NCBI GenBank assembly: GCA_965222375.1
Contig: CBDCTZ010000016.1
Coordinates: 608,001-672,000, forward strand
Length of the DNA: 64,000 bases
Reading direction: 5' to 3'
Source: Polyangiaceae bacterium
Lineage (GTDB): Bacteria > Myxococcota_A > Polyangia > Polyangiales > Polyangiaceae
In this document: in pieces, positions 1 to 9,672 of the stretch
How the letters are laid out: each line of letters opens with the position of its first letter
Position numbering within the stretch: the first letter of the stretch is position 1
Notes under the pieces: generated by a model
What the model was told of the DNA's origin: nothing
Database searches by the model: none
What the model saw: the letters and a program-made list of their open reading frames with translations, nothing else
Translations under genes and position numbers: made by a program

Positions 1-488
1 ACCAGGCGCCGATGGCGGCAGCGCCCCGACCTGCTGCCGGTGCACCGCCTCCACCTGCTCCAGCTGCCCCGCCGTACACGCGCCCAGCCGCGGCGCCCCC
101 CCTTGCGGTCGTCACGGCACCTGCAGCGGTCGAAGGAACTCCCACGAACCTCGTTGCGGAGCCCCCGCATGGTGTTGCCACGGCACCTGCAGCGGTCGAA
201 GGAACTCCCACGAACCTCGTCGCGGAACCGGCTGCCGCGCCGAACTTTCCACAACCCCAGGCCGCGGCACAGAACTACGCGCAAGCTGGCGCCCCTGCCC
301 CCAGCTACGCGCAACCCGAGGCGGCCGGCTATTCGCAGCCGGAAGCACTAGGGCCGATATCCGCTGCGGCATCCGAGCCACGCAAGTCCCGCAAGCTCAT
401 CTTGTTCGTCGCGCTCGTCATCGGAGCGTTGTTCTTGTTCAGCTCCGCTGCGGCGTTCTTCTTTCTGGTACTGCCGCGACTGCGCTGA
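1..488 (+). CDS. 3' end of a Pro/Ala-rich protein with a C-terminal membrane anchor (probably begins before the window)
   Basis: Low-complexity Pro/Ala/Gln ORF ending RKSRK + hydrophobic helix LILFVALVIGALFLFSSAAAFFFLVL. Confidence 0.6.
   Translation, partial: QAPMAAAPRPAAGAPPPPAPAAPPYTRPAAAPPLAVVTAPAAVEGTPTNLVAEPPHGVATAPAAVEGTPTNLVAEPAAAPNFPQPQAAAQNYAQAGAPAPSYAQPEAAGYSQPEALGPISAAASEPRKSRKLILFVALVIGALFLFSSAAAFFFLVLPRLR
113..229 (+). repeat. Intragenic direct repeat, two ~51-bp copies with a 66-bp period (TAPAAVEGTPTNLVAEP x2)
   Basis: cacggcacctgcagcggtcgaaggaactcccacgaacctcgt starts at 113 and at 179. Confidence 0.9.
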
Positions 489-509
489 GCGAATCGCCGA
501 GGGGCGTGG

Positions 510-1235
510 TCAGTCTACGTTGAAGCGCTCGAGGCTGAGCCTGCCATCCTGAATTTGTACGTAGGGTGAACCGCGCATCCAATTGCCAGAGTTGACGTAC
601 ATCTTGCCCGGCGCGAGCTCCAAGATCTCGGCGTTGTGAGTGTGGCCGAAAACGACGCCGTCGAACCCGCGCTTGAGCAGCATCTCGGCGGCTTCGTGAT
701 ACACGGAGTGGCGCTCTTGCTTTCGGCGTTGACCAAAGCGGTCTTTGACTCGTTGGTATGAAGACCAGACCTTGTACACGTCCGGGTAGAGGTGGAGCAG
801 GGGCCCAGCCGCACGTGTCAGCGTGTCGTACAGAGCAGGGTGCTTCACATAGAAGGGATCATAGAGATGACCGTGCTCGACGCGGATGCGGCGGCCGCCG
901 CTCTTCACGTTGAGGAAGGGGCAAATCCGGATTTCGCTCCAGCTTTCCAGGTAGTGCTCGAGCACGATGTCGTGGTTACCCACCACGTAGTAGACACTGG
1001 ACCCGGCATCGACGAGCCGGCGGATGCGATCGATGATGCGAACGGTGTCGTTCGCCAGGTTGGCGAAGCTGGTCTGGAGGATCTCCAAGCCATCACCGTT
1101 GATGCACACACTGCAGCGCTGCCGGCCTGCCAATTCCAAAAACCGACCAAAGCGCCGGCTCGCCTGGGAAAACGGATTGCCCACGTGCAAGTCTGAAACG
1201 ACCAAGAGCCGGTCGAGTTCAGCTTCGATGATCAT
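510..1235 (-). CDS. Calcineurin-like metallophosphoesterase (LpxH-like family)
   Basis: Motifs SDLHVG, NGD, GNHD, EHGH, FGHTH, NSGNW. Confidence 0.85.
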   Translation of the reverse strand: MIIEAELDRLLVVSDLHVGNPFSQASRRFGRFLELAGRQRCSVCINGDGLEILQTSFANLANDTVRIIDRIRRLVDAGSSVYYVVGNHDIVLEHYLESWSEIRICPFLNVKSGGRRIRVEHGHLYDPFYVKHPALYDTLTRAAGPLLHLYPDVYKVWSSYQRVKDRFGQRRKQERHSVYHEAAEMLLKRGFDGVVFGHTHNAEILELAPGKMYVNSGNWMRGSPYVQIQDGRLSLERFNVD

Positions 1236-1783
1236 GTATCCGGCGCGTCCTGGTTGTCGGCGTTGGCATAGAACAGCTGCGCGATCTTCTCTTCACCCGT
1301 GTCTGTGCTCTCCAGCACCTTCACCAAGCGAGCGTTCAATGTGCGAACTCGACCACTGAGTCGGTGCAGCATCTCGAACGCGAAGGTGGGGTCCCGCCGC
1401 ATGCGGACCAACAGTGCGCCCGCACTCACCACCAAGAGTTGCGTTTCACCCACGGCCTGGGCAGTGGCGTCCCGAGGAAGTGACTCCAGCAGCGACATTT
1501 CGCCGAAGAAGTCCCCCTGGCTCAGTTGGGCGAGCTCCACCTCTCGGCTACCGACGCGTTTGCTGATTCGAACCGTGCCGCTCTGGATGACGAACATGTC
1601 GCGAGAGCGTTCGCCCTCCTCCACAATCACTTCGCCGTCGAAATACGTGCGCTCCAGCTCCTTCGCGTGGGACTGGGCTTGGGTCATCATGTTGCCACCA
1701 TGTTCCAGTTCGAGCGCTGAGTCGAGGGGGGTGATCGTTGCATGGGCTAGCGTTACGGTTGCAGGCGACTCGCGTGGTAGCAT
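1232..1783 (-). CDS. Stand-alone cyclic nucleotide-binding domain protein (true start may be near 1690)
   Basis: EGE..MFVIQSG.V, GDFFGEMSLLESLPRDATA phosphate-binding cassette; no HTH; stop overlaps the start of the phosphoesterase (ATGA). Confidence 0.85.
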   Translation of the reverse strand: MLPRESPATVTLAHATITPLDSALELEHGGNMMTQAQSHAKELERTYFDGEVIVEEGERSRDMFVIQSGTVRISKRVGSREVELAQLSQGDFFGEMSLLESLPRDATAQAVGETQLLVVSAGALLVRMRRDPTFAFEMLHRLSGRVRTLNARLVKVLESTDTGEEKIAQLFYANADNQDAPDT

Positions 1784-1796
1784 GTAGTCGGTAGAT

Positions 1797-2452
1797 ATGG
1801 TGTCGGACTACCCGCTCACGGAACAATTGCTGCGTGTGGCGGGCATCGAGCGGGCCGGAGACCCCACGACATTTGCACAGCTCGAACGCCGCCTGAGCGA
1901 GGGGCTGGGTGAAGCGCATTCGGCTTTTGGCGAACTCGGCATTCCGTCCACTGTGTGGCTCCGCCACGTGGCCTCCGTGCTACCTGAGCACGGGCCCCTG
2001 CTCGACGCTGTGCAACAACTGCACCTCGACGAGTTGTGGTTGTGTGCTGGGTGTCTCCAAGGTGACGAGCGCTTCATGGCGGTCTTTGAACGCACCTACA
2101 TGCCCAAAACCCGGGGACTCCTGGGCAAGCTGGGGATCGAGGAGTCTTTGCGGGACGAGCTGATTCAAGAGCTTCGCTCGGCTCTGCTGGTGCCCAAGCC
2201 GACTCGAGCTGCCAAGCTCGCCAGCTACAGCGGCCGAGGGTCCCTCTCCGCCTGGTTGAAGGTCGTCATCACGCGTGCAGCGCTGCGGCGCAAGCGGCGG
2301 GCTTCACCCCAACGGCGCGCGGATAGTCTGCTTGTGGAGCAGTTGGGGGATGGCACGGACGACGCCGAATTGGAACAAATCCGCACCAAATACAAGCAGG
2401 ACTTCGAGCAAGCCGTCGAATGGGCGTTTCGCCAACTGCGGAGTGACCAGCG
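1797..2452 (+). pseudogene. Truncated myxobacterial ECF-type sigma-70 factor (region 4 missing)
   Basis: LHLDELWLCAGCLQGD, KLASYSGRGSLSAWLKVV typical of Myxococcales sigma-70 family; similarity ends at LRSDQR and the rest of the ORF reads as off-frame text. Confidence 0.7.
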
Positions 2453-3695
2453 GACTCCACCGGATGGCCGGCGAGTGGCTCGAGGATGTGGGCATCACAG
2501 ACGCCGTCATGCTGGCAGATCATTACGAACAGGGAGAAACCCCGGCCGCGGCACTGAAGTGGTGGCGGCGTGCGGCAGAAGCAGCACTGGCCGCGACGGA
2601 TCTCCCGGCGGCGCTTCAACACGCCGATCGGGCGCTGGCATGTGGGGCTCGGGGAGAAGCTCGCGGTCGGCTGTTGTTGCTCTCCGCGGAAGCTCGTCAG
2701 TGGGGCGGGTGAGCACCACGAAGGGATCTCCCCGGTCGCGCGGCGTCCGAATTGTTGGAAGTCGGATCCGCTGAGTGGTGCGACGCCACGACCATCGTCG
2801 CGGAATCCATCGGGTCCTTGGGGGATACCGAAGGCATTCGAAGCATCGCAAGAAACCTCCTGGCGATCCCTGCTCGAAAGGCCACGGCGCCCCTGACGAC
2901 CGTGTGTGCGCGAGTGGTTACTTCCCTTCGCCGCACGGGATCCAACGCAGAGGCAACTCAACTGCTGGGGCACCTGCGCGAAATCCTCACCCACGTGGAC
3001 AACCTCGATCCTCGTCGAAAGGCATTCCTGCATCAGATGTTCTCCCAAGAGGCGTTCCATGCGGGGGAGTACGGCGTCATGGTCGCGGAACTAGAGCAGA
3101 GTATACGTGGCTCGGGGTCGACTTCATGACTCGTGTCGTCGACCACAACCTGGCCATTGTTCGCCTGCGCCAAGGTCGCATAGACGAGGCGCGGGACCTA
3201 GAGGCAAGAGCCGTGGCGGCATTCGAGGAGCGACGCTCGCTACGCCTGCTCGGCTTTTCCAAGATCTACCAAGCGCGCATCGAGCTCAGGGCGGAACGAC
3301 CCGAAGCGGCGATGGAGTTCGCTCGAGAAGCGGTAGAAATCCTGTCGGCAGCGGTTCCATCCCTCGAGCCATACGCTCTTGCCGCCGTGTCCCGCGCCCA
3401 TTTGGCTCGCGGCGAAACCGACCACGCGGTTTCCACTGCTGCTCGCGCAATGGAGTTGATGAGCTCTCGTGGTCGCGCCGATGAAGGCGAGCCCTTCGTC
3501 CACTTGGCCTACGTAGTGGCGCTGAAGGAAAGCAGGCAGCGACCGGCTGCCGCGTCTGCGGCGCGGGCGGCACGGGAGCGACTCCAAGAGCGCGGCTCGA
3601 TCATGGACGCGACCCTGCGCCACAGCTTCTTGAACAACGTGCCGGAGAATTCCGCCCTGCTATCCCTGGCAGCGGAACTGCTGGGTCAAACCTGA
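2452..3695 (+). pseudogene. Frameshifted C-terminal remnant of a myxobacterial kinase/AAA-ATPase-TPR protein
   Basis: HRMAGEWLE..DAVMLADHYEQG (frame of ORF 2275), LLEVGSAEW.. (2752), HNLAIVRLRQG..EGEPFVHLAY..RHSFLNNVPEN (frame of 2775); breaks near 2705-2733 and ~3105. Confidence 0.7.
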
Positions 3696-3757
3696 GCTTC
3701 GTTCCGCTTTGTCCATCTGGGCCGTGCAACTTCCAGCGAAGGCGCTAGACTCGGCGC

Positions 3758-4114
3758 GTGCGAGCCAGCCTGTTTGCCCTTGGACTTGTGCTAGTCGCTT
3801 GCGCTCGGAGTGAGCCGGCGAAATCGTCGTCGCCCCCCGTGGCTCCCGTCGAAGTGCCCGGCGCGCCCGAAGAAGCGAAGGCCCCTGGCCCTGCCCCTCC
3901 GCCTCGGGAAGCACCCGATGTGAAAGAGGAGCCCGAACAGAGTGAAACCCGAGCTTCCTTCGAATTCAGTGTCGACTCGGACGGTGGCAACGTTGTCATC
4001 AAGTCGACGCCGGACTCCGGCGTACAGGTTTGGGGGACCTTCAACCGAACGGATGGAGGCTTCAGCTTCTCCGGTGGCTTTTCAACGGGCGGTCCGGACG
4101 CGGGCGCGCCCTAG
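3758..4114 (+). CDS. Small putative lipoprotein
   Basis: Lipobox LVAC, Pro-rich linker, beta-rich C-terminus. Confidence 0.55.
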   Translation: MRASLFALGLVLVACARSEPAKSSSPPVAPVEVPGAPEEAKAPGPAPPPREAPDVKEEPEQSETRASFEFSVDSDGGNVVIKSTPDSGVQVWGTFNRTDGGFSFSGGFSTGGPDAGAP

Positions 4115-4147
4115 GGCAGTGACAGCCGCACCAGTGCATACTAATAG

Positions 4148-4177
4148 GTACGGCGCACTCGGAGGAGCGCGCCGTAC
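4148..4177 (-). terminator. Hairpin between convergent genes (putative terminator)
   Basis: GTACGGCGCACTC-GGAG-GAGCGCGCCGTAC; 13-bp stem whose one mismatch is a G-U pair on the minus strand; no strong U tract. Confidence 0.5.
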
Positions 4178-4215
4178 TAGCTGAGGGCGAGTAGTGCGGC
4201 TCGAGCCGCCCGAGC

Positions 4216-4794
4216 TCACCTCTTGGGCTTCTTGAGGACGCCAGGCTTCGGCGCGACAGGCGTTGCCGGCGCGGGCCCCAAGTCCTTGCAACCACCGCCG
4301 GGGCAGTTGACGGAGCACTTGGCGCCGGCCGCGCAGGTGCTCTTGCAGTTGCCGCCAGTACAGTTGATGGCGCAGGTAGAATTCGGCATGCAAGTGCTGT
4401 CGCAGTTTCCGCCCGGGCAGTTCACCGCGCAGTTGGCGCCGTCGGCGCAATGCGTCTTGCAGTTGCCACCCTCACAAGTGTACGCGCACTGAGCACCCTT
4501 TTCGCATTTGAAGTCACAGTTGCCTCCGGCGCAGGTCTCTGTGCAAGTCTGCCCCGCAGCGCAGGTCTTCTTGCAGTTGCCTTCGGCACAGCCGGCGCTG
4601 GCGCCGGTAGCGGGCGGCGTGGTCGTGCCCGTCGCCGCGGTGTCTGTCGGCGCGGGCGCTGTCGTAGCCGCCGGTGCGGGCGTCGCTGCGGGAGCGGCGG
4701 TTGGCTGACTCTGTGCGGGGCCCGGGTGTTGAACCACCGTGCAGGCCGCAAGGCCTCCAGCGACGAATAAAGCGGAAAGGTGAGAGATCTTCAT
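4216..4794 (-). CDS. Lipoprotein with 19-aa Cys-rich tandem repeats
   Basis: MKISHL..LAAC lipobox; about 5 repeats of C-x4-C-x3-C-x5-C-x3. Confidence 0.8.
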   Translation of the reverse strand: MKISHLSALFVAGGLAACTVVQHPGPAQSQPTAAPAATPAPAATTAPAPTDTAATGTTTPPATGASAGCAEGNCKKTCAAGQTCTETCAGGNCDFKCEKGAQCAYTCEGGNCKTHCADGANCAVNCPGGNCDSTCMPNSTCAINCTGGNCKSTCAAGAKCSVNCPGGGCKDLGPAPATPVAPKPGVLKKPKR

Positions 4795-4985
4795 GGCCGT
4801 GAGACGATCCTTGTCGGGATGGGATTCAGCGCGGGGAAAACTATCACTGCGACTGAACATGAGGCGAGCATGCCGGCTCGGTGTCAAAAAAAACAATAGT
4901 TTTAGGGTGTTAGTCCGGTCGCCGTTTGAGACGGAGTTGCCTGTCCTCCTTGACGCAGCTGTGCTTGGAGCGTTTGCTGAGGACC

Positions 4986-6512
4986 ATGCTCAAGCTCGGG
5001 CGGAAGCGTCCGCGAGTCGAGACCGTTGTCGCCTTCGGGAGCACCGTTCTGGCAGCCACATTCGCCCTGGGCTGCAGCGATCAGAAGTCCGTCGGACTCC
5101 CCACTTCGATGGTTTCGGGAGCGGTGTCGGTTCAGACGCACCCTGGCCAGTCGCACGTGGTCGACCTCCTCATCCCGTTGAAGACGGCTGCGAAGGTGCA
5201 AGTCGTCTTCAACGACCCCTACGCGCGGGGCGAAACCCTCGAGGTGACGGAAGCCAAGACTGCGCCACTTCGGCTTCGCGCACTGCTGGCTGACCAAGAC
5301 TATCGTGTCGAGTTGCGTATTCAGTCCGCCAGCGCTGAGGAGCGGGTCTTCGTTTCGTTTCGAACCCCGCCGGCACAACAGGACGAGGTCACTCAATTTG
5401 ACGTCGTGAACACTGAGGGTGCTCCCGACTACCGCTTTTTCGACATGTCTTGGACGCCGGGCGTCAAGCGCGGTGCAATCTACCTGATTGACGTCGAGGG
5501 TCGGACCCGATTCTACGTGCCACACCCGACGGTACAGAAAATCCCCGGGCCGGTGCGCGTCCCCACCGGTATCAAGTTGCTCCCGAACGGGAACATCGTT
5601 TTCGTCCAAGATGGTGACATGCACTTCGTGAACGAACTCGGCGAGCAAGTGCGCACTATCTTCGCCACGGACGTGGGAAACCCGGCTTTTCACCACGACG
5701 TCATCCTGTTGCCCACGGGCAATCTGTTGACCATCGGTCTCGAGTTCGACACCTTCACGCTCGATCAAGACGGCCAGGACTACTACTACGCCGGCGACAC
5801 AATCACGGAACTAACCCAGGACGGAAAAAAGGTCTGGGAGTGGAGCAGCTTCGCACACCTGGACAAGCAGCGCGTCCTCGAGGACTTTTTCGTCAACCAA
5901 TACGTTGACCCTACCAACGACGAGCCCGGCTTCGACTGGACCCACGCCAACGGAGTCGTCTACTCCCCAGAAGATGACAGCCTGTTACTGTCTCTGCGGC
6001 ATCAGGATTGGATCCTCAAGGTCGACAAGGCCAGCGGAAAGGTGCTCTGGAAACTGGGGCAAGACGGCGACTTCACCCTAGACGCCGGTAGCTGGTTCTT
6101 TCATCAACATTCCCCAGAGTGGCAGCCGGATGGCAGCTTGCTGCTTTACGACAACGGGATCGACAATCCCAACCTCCCTGCGGACGAAGAGCGGTCCCGG
6201 CCGGTCATCTACGCCTTGGACGAGAAAGCGAAAACTGCACGTCAGATTTGGGAAGACACGGAAACCAAGTACATGTCTGCAATCGCTGGGGACGCGGATC
6301 GCACCAGCATCGATACGATTCTAGTGCTCGACAGTTCGCTCCTGCTGGATCCGAGCGAACCCACGGTGCTCGACACTTACTCGGAAATGCGTGAAGTCGA
6401 TCGAAAGACGGGCGATTGGGTTTGGACGCTGCGCACGCCGGACCACACCATCGTTTATCGCGCGCTTGCCGTGTCCCGGCCACCGGGAGAAGCAATCGTG
6501 CCCGGGGAGTGA
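4986..6512 (+). CDS. Aryl-sulfate sulfotransferase (ASST) family lipoprotein
   Basis: FHHD, DWTHANG, LLLSLRHQD, WFFHQH, LYDNG; lipobox ALGC. Confidence 0.85.
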   Translation: MLKLGRKRPRVETVVAFGSTVLAATFALGCSDQKSVGLPTSMVSGAVSVQTHPGQSHVVDLLIPLKTAAKVQVVFNDPYARGETLEVTEAKTAPLRLRALLADQDYRVELRIQSASAEERVFVSFRTPPAQQDEVTQFDVVNTEGAPDYRFFDMSWTPGVKRGAIYLIDVEGRTRFYVPHPTVQKIPGPVRVPTGIKLLPNGNIVFVQDGDMHFVNELGEQVRTIFATDVGNPAFHHDVILLPTGNLLTIGLEFDTFTLDQDGQDYYYAGDTITELTQDGKKVWEWSSFAHLDKQRVLEDFFVNQYVDPTNDEPGFDWTHANGVVYSPEDDSLLLSLRHQDWILKVDKASGKVLWKLGQDGDFTLDAGSWFFHQHSPEWQPDGSLLLYDNGIDNPNLPADEERSRPVIYALDEKAKTARQIWEDTETKYMSAIAGDADRTSIDTILVLDSSLLLDPSEPTVLDTYSEMREVDRKTGDWVWTLRTPDHTIVYRALAVSRPPGEAIVPGE

Positions 6513-6543
6513 TCGCACCCAACCCAGGGACGTTGCAGCCGCC

Positions 6544-8007
6544 TCAGTAGCCGAAGTCTGCCGGCCCCGGTTTTGGTTTGGGCTGCGGCTTGGGAGTCGG
6601 CTCGACGACGGGTTTGACCACGGGCTTGGCCGTGGGTTTCGTCGCCGGCTTCGCTGCGACAACCGGTTTGGCGGGTGGCGTCGGGGTCGGGGGCGCGGAT
6701 TCGGCCGGTGGCGGGTCACTCTCCGGCGACCCACTCCCCTTCGCGACAGGCTCGCTGGTCGGGTCAGTAGTTGGATCCGCCGTTGGTGCTTCAGGCGGTG
6801 GAACACTCTCGGATGTGTCGGCGCTGGCGACGGGATCCGTCACGGCGGCCGCCGCGCGTTTTGCAGCGATGGCGCGCCAGGCGAAGAAGCCTCCCCCCGC
6901 TACGATCAACAAGAACCCCGCAAGGGCCGCCAGAAGCAGGATCGGATTCGGCCCCTTCTTGAGTCCGGGGACGGTCTCGCCGTGGGAACTCGACCACGCC
7001 GAAACGCTGGCACCCGTCGAAGTGACCGTGGAGCCGCCATCTACAGCTGCCGCCGGCATCCCGGCCGCCGGAAGCACATTGGTCGTGTGCGTCTCTGTCG
7101 CCTCATCCGGCGAGTCGTGTCCGACAGCAGGCGGAATCGTGACCGCGGCCCCCGTCTGCATCCAATTGTCCAGAGCCGTGACGAAGTCCTGGGCAGACTG
7201 AAAGCGGTGTGCGACGTCTCGAGACATCGCCTTCAGTGTCAAGGACTCGAAGGCTGGGTCGATGTCAGGGCGAACCTGACGCAGGGGTACCGGTTCCGAC
7301 AGCACGATCTTGAACAGCAGCTCGTTGAAGGTTTCGGCGTTGAAGGGCACCTGCCCCGTGACCGCCTCGTACAAGATGACGCCCATGGAGTAGAGATCGC
7401 TACGAGCGTCGATGTCCCGGGCTCCCCGCGCCTGCTCCGGTGACATGTAGTACGGCGTACCCATCACCGCGCCCGTCCGGGTCATGGATAAGCCTTCGCC
7501 GCCCATCTTGTTGAACTTGGACACACCGAAGTCGATGATCTTCACAAAGTCCGCGTGGCCGGCCTTCTGCCTGCAGACGAATAGATTTTCGGGCTTGAGA
7601 TCGCGATGCACGATGCCCGCGGCATGGGCGGCGCCGAGCCCGGTCAGTGCCTGCCGCACCAATGGCACGACCTGCTGCGGTGCCATCCGACCGAGACTCT
7701 TGATGCGGGCCCCAAGGGTCTCTCCGTCCAGATACTCCATCACCATGAAGTGCTCACCGGACTCCAACTTCCCCAAATCGATGACCTCCAAGATGTGGTC
7801 ACTTCCGATTTGGCCTGCCGCCTTCGCCTCACGCTCGAAGCGCTCGACGGCGTTCTTGTTGGTCGCTGCGTTGGCGTGCAGTACCTTGATCGCGACCTTG
7901 CGGTTGATGCGGGTGTTTTCGCCTTCGAAGACGGAACCCATACCGCCAATGCCGATCATGTCGACGATGCGATACTTGCCTTCGATGACCTGCCCCTGCT
8001 CCAGCAA
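6544..8007 (-). CDS. Membrane-anchored Hanks-type Ser/Thr protein kinase
   Basis: GIGGMGSV, VAIK, HRDLKPEN, DFG, GTPYYMSPEQ; TM helix; Pro-rich tail ending DFGY. Confidence 0.95.
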   Translation of the reverse strand: MLEQGQVIEGKYRIVDMIGIGGMGSVFEGENTRINRKVAIKVLHANAATNKNAVERFEREAKAAGQIGSDHILEVIDLGKLESGEHFMVMEYLDGETLGARIKSLGRMAPQQVVPLVRQALTGLGAAHAAGIVHRDLKPENLFVCRQKAGHADFVKIIDFGVSKFNKMGGEGLSMTRTGAVMGTPYYMSPEQARGARDIDARSDLYSMGVILYEAVTGQVPFNAETFNELLFKIVLSEPVPLRQVRPDIDPAFESLTLKAMSRDVAHRFQSAQDFVTALDNWMQTGAAVTIPPAVGHDSPDEATETHTTNVLPAAGMPAAAVDGGSTVTSTGASVSAWSSSHGETVPGLKKGPNPILLLAALAGFLLIVAGGGFFAWRAIAAKRAAAAVTDPVASADTSESVPPPEAPTADPTTDPTSEPVAKGSGSPESDPPPAESAPPTPTPPAKPVVAAKPATKPTAKPVVKPVVEPTPKPQPKPKPGPADFGY

Positions 8008-8610
8008 TGGATCCTCGTTTCGCCAGTGATTCTAGGATACCGCGCCAGTGGCGGCCAGCTTGCCGCGCCCCGATGCCAAATAGCATGGAGTCTCAGCCAA
8101 TCGCTCCACGACATTGGGCATCATGCTTGTTTGATAACCTCACGGATCACGTAAGCGGCGTGCACACGAGCGTAGTCCTTCCAGCCGAGCAGATCAGCCG
8201 TGCTCTCCACAATGGCGACCCAAGGATCAGGTTGCCCTCGCATCTGTCGTACGACCCAGAGTGCGCGTTCCGCGCGGAGAGCTGCACCAGCGCCTCCGCC
8301 GGTGGTGCGAATGCGGTGAGCGCTTGGGAGGGGTCGGCGGGTAGAATCTGTCGGTCAACCGGGACTCGCGGCAGCCGTTCGGTCACGTTGCGGGCCCTGG
8401 GTGCATCGGTGGCGAAACCGCCGAGCTTCGTTCGGGACCGTTGCTGACCAGGCGCGGGGTTGGGCTTGCGATCACTCATGCAGAAACACTCATCGTCATC
8501 ATGACACCGAGATTTCAGGCTGGAAAGACGGTGGCCCCGCACGGTTGGGCAACCCACGAAGCGCCCGCGCTGTTGTGATACGATTCGCCGCGCTATCGCG
8601 GGGAATTACC

Positions 8611-9660
8611 ATGAACAAACGCGGAATAACTTGGGCTCTTGCACTGGCACTGATCGCGGCCTCGCCCCTGGCAGGCGCGCAGTCCGATACCGAGCGAGCC
8701 GGTGCGCGGGCCGCAGCCAGCGAGGGCCTGAAGGCTTTCAACGAGGGGCGCCACGCGGACGCTATCGACCTTTTCAATCGCGCGGAGTCCCTGGTGCACG
8801 CGCCGCCCCATCTTCTCTACATCGCCCGCGCCAGCGAGAAGCTGGGCAAGCTGGTCAAGGCACGCGAGGCGTACATGAAGATCACTCGCGAGAAGCTCGC
8901 GGCCAACGCGCCGGACGCATTTCGCGCGGCGCAGGAAAACGCCCGCACGGAGTTGTCTGCTCTCGAGCCTCGGGTTCCCTACCTGACCATCCTGGTCAAA
9001 GGAGACGGAGCGGATGGCGCCGGTGTGACTCTAAACGACGTCGTCGTACCCCCTGCGCTGGTCGGCGTGCCCTATCCCGTCGATCCTGGGGAGCACCGAC
9101 TTCAGGCCACGGGCACCGACGTCCAGAGCGAACTCGTCACCGTGTCTTTAGCGGAAGGAAAACGGGAGACCGTTGAGCTACCGCTGAACCCCGCTCCGGG
9201 CGCTTTGCCGCCGGGTGCGAAGCCGGCCGCGAGTGGGACGGAGCCCGCTGGGGGCACACCCGGTGGCGGAACCGAGCCGGGTCCTATCGACCCGGGGCCG
9301 ACGCCGAGTAGCTCTGGCCCGAGCGCCATGCGAATCGGCTCCTACGTTGGCCTCGGCGTTGGCGTGGTGGGCCTGGCTGCCGGGACCATCTTCGCCATCC
9401 AGAGCGCCGGCAAGCGTGGCGATGCCAACGATCTCTGCCCCGATGAGCAGTGCCCGGTGAGCAAAGAAGACGAGTGGAACTCCCTCGACGATGACGCGGA
9501 AAGCGCATCGACCCTAGCGACCGTGGGCTTCATCGTAGGAGGCGTTGGGGTTGCAGCCGGCGTGACATTGTTCATCCTGAGTAGTGATGACAGTAAGAAG
9601 AGCGCTGGCGTCACGCCCTGGGTGGGACTCGGGTCTGCGGGCGTGTCCGGGCGTTTCTAA
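8611..9660 (+). CDS. Secreted TPR + PEGA-like protein with a hydrophobic Gly-rich C-terminal hairpin
   Basis: Signal peptide; TPR-like helices; VDPGEH PEGA-like motif; ends GVSGRF. Confidence 0.8.
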   Translation: MNKRGITWALALALIAASPLAGAQSDTERAGARAAASEGLKAFNEGRHADAIDLFNRAESLVHAPPHLLYIARASEKLGKLVKAREAYMKITREKLAANAPDAFRAAQENARTELSALEPRVPYLTILVKGDGADGAGVTLNDVVVPPALVGVPYPVDPGEHRLQATGTDVQSELVTVSLAEGKRETVELPLNPAPGALPPGAKPAASGTEPAGGTPGGGTEPGPIDPGPTPSSSGPSAMRIGSYVGLGVGVVGLAAGTIFAIQSAGKRGDANDLCPDEQCPVSKEDEWNSLDDDAESASTLATVGFIVGGVGVAAGVTLFILSSDDSKKSAGVTPWVGLGSAGVSGRF

Positions 9661-9672
9661 GGAGAACTTTCG

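Noticed and set aside
8147..8557. ORF in the kinase/PEGA intergenic region
   Set aside because: No recognisable motifs; cannot be supported as a gene
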